Positions 22,207 to 32,090 of a stretch of DNA of 42,856 nucleotides are shown here, piece by piece. The notes under the pieces were generated by a model. That model had not been told where the DNA came from and did not search any database. It was given only the letters and a program-made list of their open reading frames with translations. How positions within the stretch are numbered: the stretch's first letter is position 1; the number at the start of each line of letters is the position of its first letter. The position numbers were made by a program, and so were the translations under genes. The DNA lies in assembly GCA_900088475.1 (NCBI GenBank), contig FLMG01004224.1:1-42856 (forward strand), read 5' to 3'. Source of the DNA: Hyphochytrium catenoides (taxonomy: Eukaryota; Protista; Hyphochytriomycota).

Positions 22207-23025
22207 CGTAATTGCATCCTTTCCTGGCTGCACACACAGTGCTATTATTAGCAGAAAGTTCTCTTCTCTGCAGCACCATCTTTTTTTTAAGAATGATGCT
22301 CCCATGACATGATGCTGCATCGCCTCCTAAGAAGAGGCGGCATTTGTTGATACTCTGCCGCCGCCTTGCCGAGAAATCTGCTTCTTCTTGCCGTCCTTGC
22401 TGGTGGTGGTGGTCGACCTCTTGCCATAAAAGGAGCACTACTACAACTAGGCATCAAATAAACTAAGGCCACGGAGATGAAAGAGCGAAACATGGTGGTC
22501 GTGTGAGTCTGCCAAGCCGGCGGCGGTATCCCAGAGGGCCGATTATTTACTATTGAGAGATCCACGTTCGAGAAGGAAAGAGAATTCTGTGAAGAAGCTT
22601 CGTAGACTGGTGGTTTTACCATCATCACCGCATCTTTTCTGTTGTCATTATGATTGATGAGAAGAAGAGGAGCAGAAGAGGCGATCGCCTTCTCGATGAT
22701 GATTCAGCAGGAGGAGAAGGATGGCGCGCCACGACGGTTAATAATGATGATGGTTGTTGTTGGATGACTGATTGATGAAGTGCAGAACGAAGAAGTTGTT
22801 AGCGGGTTTTGAAGGGAAGAACAAGAACAAAGATGATCTCTGTTCGTTCATCGTCGAGCACCTTTCTTAGTTCTTAGCCTATACTACTAACAACGAAAGC
22901 AGCAGCACCAACCAATAACTCTTTCGCATTCTCTGTGAGGAGGAAGCAGACTGACGACACAAGGACGGACGGCGAAGATCGATGATGATGATGAAGTCGA
23001 AGATTTTTTTTTTGGTGCACTTCTC

Positions 23026-23443
23026 TAGAAGCGCCCGGCCACGAGTGGGTCATTGGGGAAATCGACATAACTTCTTGTCTATTTGGAAATTTTTGGTGCT
23101 CTAAACGCCATATTGAAGCCCTGGCTGAGAGCTTTCAAACGGTACCAGCGGATTGTTAATATCCTCCTTAGTTGCAGAGAAACTAATGAGTGGATTTATT
23201 AGAAAATGTATGGGATCCTTCCACGAGTGGGTCACTCTGCAACGAAAGTTTCACGGCTTGCCTGCAAATGCCCACAGCATTGATTTAAAAAGGCTCTTCA
23301 TTTTCCATACCGGCTTTTTTTCCCCATCCGCGTTGTGTACCTAATTATAAGTCGGAGGATTTGGAAAGGTAATGGTGTAGGAAAAATTAATTTTTTGACC
23401 CACTTGTGGCAGGAATTGACCCGGTCGTGGCCGGGCGCTTCTA
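23026..23443. mobile_element. Non-autonomous DNA transposon (MITE-like), 414 bp between TA dinucleotides
   Basis: Left end ta|gaagcgcccggccacgagtgggtca (23026-23052); right end tgacccggtcgtggccgggcgcttc|ta (23417-23443). TIRs are 25 bp with 2 mismatches. The interior is AT-richer, with further CCACRAGTGGGTCA copies at 23221 (direct) and 23396 (inverted). No transposase ORF. Confidence 0.85.
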
Positions 23444-23564
23444 CTTTGTCGTTTCGTCTGTCTCTTATTGTTTCTGATTGCGTTGTTTGTTGTAAGATGT
23501 ACGTTGCTGTGAAATCGTATTGACTCACCTTTTGTGTACACAGCGCTTCTTATCTGAGTAGGAT

Positions 23565-23634
23565 CCTTTTCTCTCTCTCTCTCTCTCTCTCNNNNNNNNN
23601 NNNNNNNNNNNNNNNNNNNNNNNNNNNNNNNNNN

Positions 23635-23670
<36 letters not shown>

Positions 23671-23780
23671 TCGCTTCTCTCTCTCTCTCTCTGGCTCTCT
23701 CTCTCTTTTCTCTCTTGCTCTCTCTGTGTCTCTTATCTCTCTCGTTCTCTTTTTCTCTCCTCCTTTTCTCCCTTTCTCTC
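23565..23780. repeat. (TC)n microsatellite containing an assembly gap (N 23592-23634)
   Basis: Directly visible. Confidence 0.95.
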
Positions 23781-23799
23781 CATCCTCAGTACATTCAAA

Positions 23800-24045
23800 G
23801 AAGAACTCGAGGAAGATACACCTTTACCTGCATACAACCTTTCGCTTCGCATTCCTATGAGCAATCCCTTCATCTTTCTCAAGTAAAGAGCCTTCCTCCT
23901 CCTCCTCAATAAGAAGAAAGGTTGGTTTGGGATTGCAGACCATCATTCTCTCGTCTCCCTCGTCGGTTTCCCCCTCAAGTTGGCTGCTCTTCTCATCTTC
24001 GCGCTCTTCTATGTGCGCCTGTCTTGACGAACTGAATGGTGACCG

Positions 24046-24083
<38 letters not shown>

Positions 24084-24407
24084 CCTCTTTCTCAGCCTCT
24101 CTCTCTCTCTGGTAAATCGTAGAACTAAGGACTGGTTACCTGTATACAACCTCGCTTGGCCTTCTTCACTCCTCCCGCATTCCTATTCTCCCTGTTCTCT
24201 CAATCTCTTCTCTATCGTTTTCCTTGGTGAATATAACAGCCTTCTCCTCGTGACCAAGTAGAAACGTTGGTTTGGGGATTGCACGACCATCATTCATCCT
24301 TCTCTTCTCCCCTCTTTACCTCCTTCTTCTTTACTCAGGTTGGCCGCTAGTCATCTTCGTCAGTCCCTCCACTGGTGTGCGGTCCTGTCTTGGCTGAACG
24401 GTGAGCG
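23800..24407. repeat. Diverged ~250-290 bp tandem duplication separated by a (TC)n tract
   Basis: Collinear shared blocks in ~23800-24045 and ~24120-24407: ttacctg(c/t)atacaacct, cgcattcctat, gttggtttggg(g)attgca(c)gaccatcattc, ctca(a/g)gttggc, tcatcttcg, cctgtcttg, ctgaa(t/c)ggtga. Confidence 0.8.
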
Positions 24408-24822
24408 AACGTTGTAGAGAATCGCTGACCTTCTACTTCTTCGCTTCCGTTTGAGCTATCTCTTATCTGTCGTCGATGAGAAGGGAAGAGTCTGCCTTTC
24501 ATCTGTCCTCTTCTTTTGTGCAGCTTGTTCCTTTCTTCTTCCTTCATCGGAAGCACTCATCGTCTAGGGGCTCATTGTGCGACTTTCCCGGTCCTTGGCA
24601 ACAAAAATACACAGAAGAAGTACCGTTGGTGCTTGTTGCTCTCAGATATCCCTAAGCGCTGCCCTTCCCTGGCTGGTTGGGAACAGTGAAACTGACTGGA
24701 CAACTGCAGTTGTCTACTATATTGCATAGCGATCCATCGACAAGGGCTACACGACGAGAAGCAGAGCCTGAGATCTTGAAGATCTGACAGCAGCGCCTGG
24801 AGAAGAGAAAAGAAAGCTAAGA

Positions 24823-26759
24823 ATGATGATGGTGACAAGAAGATCCGAGAGGGAGCAAGGGGGCTACCAGGAAGACCCCGCACCACTCTTTCAATCATCA
24901 ACAAACAGCGGAGAGCAAGAGTCTCTCGGCACCGATGAACAACAGAGCTCTCAGGCATCAGGTTCGGGCACTGTAAAGGTAATGAAGCGGGTATGGGGTC
25001 CTGCTCTTACCCCGGATGGGCACTGGGAGGTTGTTCCATTGTTTTTTCCTTTTTCGTCTTCTTCTTCTCTCTATCTCTGCCCCGTTCACCGTTTCTCTTC
25101 CCTGACCGTTGCTATCCAGCTCTCTACTATTACACCTCCGTGATCTGTCTCTGTTAAGTGTATCATCAAGTAGCGAGACTTAACACTGTTCCGTCCCTAG
25201 GGAAAACAAGCACCGTCGGGCTTGAGACACCTACCATCTGGTTCCGACTTCCTCACTATATCTCAACTGCTGCGTTACCTTCTCCGCATCAAGTTCTTTC
25301 GGTCTGCCGAGGAAGCTCTGGCTGCCGAGCAGGCAGCGCAAGCAACTGAGCAGCAGGGAGATGAAGAGGTAAGAAGGCTTCGGGTGAGAAGTAACCTAAT
25401 ATCTTACATTCTTCCCTCTCGCCGGGCCCTTTTTTCGCTACCTCTCTGTCTCCTCCTCCCAACGTGGCCATGAAAGTTTTTAGTTCCTCCTCTTATTAAC
25501 TTCGACCGTCGCCCACTACGTCTGTATCTCACTTCTCTTTGCGTCATTCATGTTCTCCGCCGCTCTTCGTACCACCGCAGACTACAGCTTTGAACCAAAC
25601 GACACTACACGCGTTGTCACTTCTTCCGAAACCCACACTGGACACGCTATCTCGCATCCATGCCGGCCATGCCTTAAACATCCCCTTTGAGAACTTGAGC
25701 CTTGCGCATCCCCGATATATCAATAGTAATACCGTGGATGGCCCCGTACGAGCTCCACGCATTGACCTACAGTCACTGTATGACAAGCTGGTCAGACAAC
25801 GGCGCGGTGGCTGGTGTTTTGAAATGAATCCGTTGTTCACGGCTGCCCTCCGCACCTTAGGCTTCTACTGCTACATGGGAACGGCGAGAGTAGTTATACT
25901 GAAGCCAGACCCAGAGGAAAAGGGCTTAGCTCCAGCTAATGGGGAGAACGGCGATAATCTGGCGCAAAGAAGGAGAGAGAAGCTTGACACCCCATCTTTC
26001 CCCACATCAGAGAATCCTGGAGATCTTTTGGAACTCACTTCTAGTACTCATCAGATCGTCTTTGTCCGGCTGCAAGAGGACAATGTTGAGGGCCCGACTT
26101 CAAAAGAACACGAGAAACAAGCCCCATTGCCCACCACAGAGAGTAGGCTCACAAAGGGTCAACTATATCTTTGTGATGTTGGCTTTGGCCGTCATGGCGC
26201 TCTGGTCAGACCTCTTCCTCTCAGGGCTTTCGATGAGGTCTTCTCTTCCTCCTCCTCCGTCCTACCACCAAACTCTCCTTCTTCTGCATGCTGGAGGCTA
26301 AGGAGAGGGCTGATTGGTAGTGCTGATGGTCTAACTGCCACAGACGTCAACGCTCATCCTGAGCGAGAGTCTCATGTCGGATGGTACTTCCAGTCACTGC
26401 TCTACAAGAAGAGCAAAGGGAGCTATGAATGGTGCGACCAGTACTACTTCACCACGCAGACAACCACAGTGGCCGACTCTGTGATGGCCAATTTCTACAC
26501 AGCGGCCCAGCATCCTCTTTTTACCGAGCACGTGGTCCTTACTATGCCTACAGATGATGTGGGAGGCCGCATCTCTCTGTTGGACTACACGCTCAAGACC
26601 CATCAAGGCTATTCTGGAGCCAGAAAAACGGCTTCTTCCTCTGCACAAGCGGAAGCGGACGACGCACCTCCTACAGTGGTTGAAAAGCTCTTGAAGTCTG
26701 AGGCGGACAGAGATAAGGTCTTGGAGAAATACTTTGGCCTTGGGCCCTTGGATACTTGA
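24823..26759 (+). CDS. Arylamine N-acetyltransferase family protein; 3 exons, ~500 aa
   Basis: Model join(24823..24978,25201..25368,25581..26759); both introns are phase-0 GT-AG. NAT motifs LLRYLLRI (exon 2), HALNIPFENL, RRGGWCFEMN (catalytic Cys), THQIVFV (His) and YLCDVGFG (Asp). Exon 1 is the least certain part. Confidence 0.92.
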
Positions 26760-27826
26760 TCCACCACCCGCACTCCTGCGAAGCCATGTTAAAGGATGAG
26801 GCGGTGAGCACCATTAGGGGACCCGAGGAGGTACCAATCAAGAAGGATGAGATATTCTAGTCTATTATCACCACGCCCACTCATCGAGCTAGTTAGACGA
26901 CAACGGAAGAGACTCTAATAAAAGGATTAGCCACATGAACAGCTGTCGACCTCCTTCAACTCTGGCATGGACGTTGTAAGTCGATTGCTCCTGCTAATGC
27001 TGTCTTTCTCGCCGCCACTACCATCACCCTCAGCAGCCTTTGCACCTCATAGCTTCAACTATTTATTGCCATGCGGGCCCAACGATAGCTCTCCTCTTCC
27101 TCCAGGCACACTTGTTGTCGGAAAAACAAGAACTCTCCGACAGCAACAACACGCAGCCGTCTGCTAGCTTCATTCATCGTTTATCCTGCTTTTATCATCA
27201 TAAAAAGGGCCTTACGCCTTGCAGCGAGGGAGATGCAGCCGCCAAACCTGCTGCTGCTTGCGTGTTAGCTCTATTATTGTTGGCGGCCTCTGCCAAAGAA
27301 GGCGGCAGCAGCCTGTCCTTGTGTTCTTTCTATGAGTCTATTTTTTATGAGCTTTATTACGCTTTTAGCTGTATTTATAAGAAGTAAGAGAAGACTGACC
27401 AATGAGAGATACCAAGGTTTTTGAAATCTGAATATATTCCTCCCTGTGAATATCTCTAAGAAGTCAGAGAAGCTGCTGGAAAGGTGGATGAGCCGAAAGG
27501 TCGCTAGTTTTTATAGTCATCATCATCTAGCAAATACGCCTAATAAATAATAAAGCTCGAGTGGGTGAAGGCCAGCCAGGCGGCGGCTTGAGCGTCCGTG
27601 CGATGATCTTCATGCTCCGAACTCGGTGCCCTGCTGATGGCATTTGTCCTCCTTGGAAAGAGACGTCTTGCCTCTTCGTTTCCGTCGTCCTGCCTTTCTC
27701 TCTCGCATCGCCACTAGCTATCTGTTCGCATCCACACGAGACTGATTCAATATAGGGCGACGGAGCGTTAGCTGGGTCAGAGATCTTTGGTTGGTTGGTG
27801 ACTTTGATCCCGACGTATCGACGAGG

Positions 27827-28849
27827 ATGTGGAACGTTATCAGATGGCAGAGAGCCTTCTTCAGGCTGTGCTGTCTAGCGGCGGCAAGCCTCATCCTTGC
27901 TGGAAGCACAGGTGTCTTCGCAGCAACTACTCATCACTCGCGTTTGTCAAAAGTGCCAGCCAAGTTCCATCAAGCTTCGTCCCTAGAGGAGGTCCTTCTG
28001 CAGGGGAGCAGGAGGGGCCGCCGTGGGAAACTAGAGCGACAGAAGGGCACGCTGAACCTCGAGACATATGGCACTGAGGCAAACTGCGCAGGGGACAGCT
28101 CTAAATGTGCGGCTGATGAGACCTGCGTGACCTTTCGTGAGGCCACAAACGGAGGCGATGACAGCATTAGCGTGTTCCGTTGTGTACAGACAGTAAAGAC
28201 CAACAATCTATGCCTTCGGACGAACAGGCAGAGCAATTTTGGGTATTGTCCTGAAGGCCGACTATGCAAGAATCATCTTGACCAAGAGATGCAGTGCAAC
28301 CCCGGTCCTGATTGCTTATATGGCTACAACCCCATCAAGCTGGTGGATAGATGTAACACTACGTTCAATGCGTGCTTTGCTAGAGGATGCGGGGCTGGAG
28401 GCTCTGGATGTCCGTCTGGCTACACCTGCCGTGCCTCTGCTGCCGGACAAGTGTGTGCCAGCCAGACCCTTCCTGTGCTCTGTCCCGTGGTCCCGACTAC
28501 TGCTAAGCCAGAGGTAGCGACAGAAGCTCCTACCACCACTTCACCGCCTATTGTACCAACGAGTAGTGCGCCTTCAACGGTGCCGGTAACAGCAGCAGCT
28601 CCTACTACCTCTACAGCTGTCACCACGACAGCTCCACCTCATTCCACTGGCCCCCCTTCTCCTACTGCTACGACTGGACACCCGACAACACCATCGACAC
28701 CTGCTGAGGATAAGGACAAGAACACAAAGACTACAAAAAATAACGCAGTTGGGACATCCGCAGGTCGCTCCTGGCTTCAGAGCCCCAGTCAACTAAACGT
28801 AGTCATGACAATGCTGCTGGCCACAGTTCTTGGCCTTGCCTGGATGTAA
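27827..28849 (+). CDS. Cys-rich secreted/surface protein with Thr/Pro mucin-like stalk and probable GPI-anchor signal, intronless
   Basis: ATG 27827 gives a signal peptide (...LCCLAAASLILAGSTGVFA), then a basic RRGRRGK site, a Cys-rich domain, a T/P/S-rich linker and small residues (NNAVG) before a hydrophobic C-terminal tail (VVMTMLLATVLGLAWM). Confidence 0.85.
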   Translation: MWNVIRWQRAFFRLCCLAAASLILAGSTGVFAATTHHSRLSKVPAKFHQASSLEEVLLQGSRRGRRGKLERQKGTLNLETYGTEANCAGDSSKCAADETCVTFREATNGGDDSISVFRCVQTVKTNNLCLRTNRQSNFGYCPEGRLCKNHLDQEMQCNPGPDCLYGYNPIKLVDRCNTTFNACFARGCGAGGSGCPSGYTCRASAAGQVCASQTLPVLCPVVPTTAKPEVATEAPTTTSPPIVPTSSAPSTVPVTAAAPTTSTAVTTTAPPHSTGPPSPTATTGHPTTPSTPAEDKDKNTKTTKNNAVGTSAGRSWLQSPSQLNVVMTMLLATVLGLAWM

Positions 28850-29774
28850 GGTTCAAGGTATGCTCGTCATGATGGACAGCTCAGGTACTTTACGTAATCT
28901 ATATCTCATGGAAAGCCTACATGGCAAGTCTGTGCTCGGTTGCATGCATAGATATCTGTTTAGTCAGACGCCACTTTGAGACCAGATGCTGGCTAAAAAG
29001 ATGACCTTGATAAACCCAGGAGAAGCTCGAATAAACGCGTGATGGGATCCAAAATGTGTGCATGTTCTTATCAGTCTTGACCTAGAATAGCAGTACGGCA
29101 CCTCTCCACACTCGTAGGGCCTCCGGTCAACGCCAAAGAGGCAATCTGTACTAATCAAATGAGAACGGCTTCAACCTATTACGAGGAGAATTAATGGTGA
29201 CAACCGACGACGACGATCTGCTAAAAGAGTGGGAGTGTCATCATCAACCATCAGCATAACTCTCTAGCTACTTTCTCCACCATCCAGCCGCAGACCTTCA
29301 GAGAGAAACCACACAGTTTTCCATGGTGGACTTGTCAGAGAGTCCAGATAGATTTGCAGACTGGCCAGGTTCAGACGAGGATCCACTTGCAGATTGATCG
29401 ATCAGCAGCTTGCTGCTGAAGAAAGCAGAGATTCTGCAGACACCTAACAAGAGACTGAGACGCTATTCTTCGGCCTCTGTTAGGGCAGCGTAACAAGTGG
29501 CTCTATCCAGAATAGAGGTATGTTTGGACGGCCAGTACGGTAATGTAACCTATGGTATCAGGAATGAATCTATTGTCCGCCACCTTTGGAAGCAGAAAAT
29601 TCCTGCTATCGTTCCACCCATCCTAATGGGTTTTGTATGGAAGTCTTACGGTAACTCCTGTTCTTTTACCATGGCCCACCCACCCTTAAAGCCACGTTGG
29701 GTTCACGTCGGTCTCTCGGGGTGCATGACTCCTACTTGCCACCATTACCCATAAATTAAAAAGGAGAGAGAGAG

Positions 29775-29955
29775 NNNNNNNNNNNNNNNNNNNNNNNNNN
29801 NNNNNNNNNNNNNNNNNNNNNNNNNNNNNNNNNNNNNNNNNNNNNNNNNNNNNNNNNNNNNNNNNNNNNNNNNNNNNNNNNNNNNNNNNNNNNNNNNNNN
29901 NNNNNNNNNNNNNNNNNNNNNNNNNNNNNNNNNNNNNNNNNNNNNNNNNNNNNNN
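29775..29955. other. Assembly gap (N run) adjoining a (GA)n tract
   Basis: 181 Ns. Confidence 1.
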
Positions 29956-30594
29956 TAGGGGAAGAGGAGCAAGAAAGCCAGCAAGGAAGACTGAGAGACT
30001 AGAGGAGAGAATGGAGAAATGAGTTGGGAGACAAGGAGAGACCAAGACAGAGTACTTACGAACGTGACAGAGAAGGTAGGAGTAGTGATGAACTGCACAG
30101 TGGAAGAGAGATGTCGCAGTTCACCAAGAGAGAGAAGGGAGGGAAGGCAATGCTTTTGGACTACCTGCGCGGCATCAGAGAAGTCGTGCGACAATGTGTG
30201 CATTTTCTCCGCGTTCACTTCCTCTTCTCGACGACCTCTGGAGCTCAATCGAAGGCCCAGAAAGTGAGACGGAACTGCCGCTGCTCTCTTTTGCTCGCTG
30301 TCACTGCAGCTGTCACTGCATAGCCACGCGAGGTGCACGTCACCACCAGGTTTTGCCCTTCTACTCCTCACTGCAACAGATGTCATGAGGATGAACTATC
30401 CTCAGTGCTCAAGAAGCGGATAGATGCGGCTTTCTTACTCTCTTCTCCTTTCTTCTTTTTAAGGTGCTCCTCCGTGTAGCTGTTGGAACAGAAAGAGAAG
30501 CTGATCCATTGATCAAGTTCCTCAGAACCTGAGACAACATTGTCCAGTCTATTGCGCTGTCATCGTTCCCTCTGAGCAAAGAGTATCTCAAGCT

Positions 30595-31383
30595 ATGGAT
30601 ATCAAGAGCCTCTGGACGCTCACAGCTGACCTGTGGCCATATTCTGAGGCTTCGTTCGTCCTTGTCGGCGGCTGGCTGGTCTATCTCGTAGGTTGGTGGC
30701 TCCCCAATGCCTTTATGGCGGCCGTGTATCACTTTGATCTCTTCCCGGAGTATAAGATCCAAGGAGGCAAGTGGCCAGATAGGAAGATGGTTCGCGCGGC
30801 ACTGATAGAGAATATTGTGGCGCACAATCTCTTGCATCCAGTGCTCTGGTATGGAGTGTATAAGGCTCTTTATGAGGGCAGAGTCTTTGCGCCTCTCCCA
30901 TCTCTATATACTTTCCTTTCGCACATCCTCTTCGCCTGGATCTGGGCGGATGGAAGCTTCTACTGGCTCCATCGCCTGAGCCATCATCGCCTGATCTACC
31001 GGCACATCCATAAAAAACACCACGAGTTCAAGCAGACCATTGGAATAGCATCCACATACGCTCATCCTCTAGAAGAGATCTTCGTCAACGGTGTATCAAC
31101 AGTGGCCTGGATCTTTCTACTGCCTTCTCCGCCTCATATCCTTACATTTTGGTGCTTCCTCCTGATGCGGTATCAGGAGACAGTCGAGGAGCATTGCGGA
31201 TATAACATCCCTTTCTCTCCCTGGGCCCTCTTGAGGGACAACAGTCACCACGACTTTCATCACTCGCACAATGTTGGCGCTTACGGAACGTTCCCTTTCT
31301 GGGACTGGCTCTGTGGGACGGACAAGGCATACAATGACTGGAAGGTGAAGACTGGAAAGGTTGCCAGCGGCAAGCTTAACTAA
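30595..31383 (+). CDS. Fatty acid hydroxylase/sterol desaturase superfamily enzyme, C-4 methylsterol oxidase (ERG25/SMO)-like, intronless
   Basis: Di-iron His boxes YWLHRLSHH, IHKKHHEF and HHDFHH, plus YKIQ, YAHPLE, EEHCGY and WDWLCGTD, with hydrophobic segments. Confidence 0.92.
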   Translation: MDIKSLWTLTADLWPYSEASFVLVGGWLVYLVGWWLPNAFMAAVYHFDLFPEYKIQGGKWPDRKMVRAALIENIVAHNLLHPVLWYGVYKALYEGRVFAPLPSLYTFLSHILFAWIWADGSFYWLHRLSHHRLIYRHIHKKHHEFKQTIGIASTYAHPLEEIFVNGVSTVAWIFLLPSPPHILTFWCFLLMRYQETVEEHCGYNIPFSPWALLRDNSHHDFHHSHNVGAYGTFPFWDWLCGTDKAYNDWKVKTGKVASGKLN

Positions 31384-32090
31384 TTTATCTGCAGGGTCTT
31401 CGGAGAAAACCCAAGAGGAAGAGAAGCAGTGACAAAATGGCTGGGAAACCAGTTAGAGACTGGGAAGGCGGGCGAAGAGAGAGAAATCAAAACCCTGCGT
31501 GTGGGACAGTTGTCTGCATAGGCAAGACAACGGTAGCCAAAAGAAGAGGCCAGAGAGAGACGACCGAACACAATTAGCTGGTCTCGTTCTAGGACAACTT
31601 GTCCTCCATAGTAAGAAAGAACAGCTAGAGAACAGCTACCTGCTGAAGCAGGCTGCCTTGATGGTTATGGTCGAGGTCGAGAAGGGCTCACAACGGAGTC
31701 ATGATAACCTTAATGTTTGGCAGTTTTTATAAATTAATAGACATAGTAGAATGACAAAACCAGGTTGACTCTGTTGCCTGTCTCTTTCTCTTTCTTGCCA
31801 CACCAACATGAAAAGCTGGCAGGATGGCTGCAGCGCCAAGCCTATTCTTGACTGGCCCTGGCGCTCACATGGGCGATCTTAATCGAAAGCGTCTTTCTCT
31901 TCTTCTCTGTGACGATAGCCCATGCTTGGCACAAAAATAATGGCGTAAGGAAGGTGGAGACAGCAGCGTTTTAAGCAAGTGCCCAACATCCGAACCCGAT
32001 CGACCATGAGTGTGATGGCAATCCTTCTAGCGTCGTTGTCTCCCTATAAATAGAACATTTTGTGGGTAGTGTTTGGCCCGGGTTGTCTTC

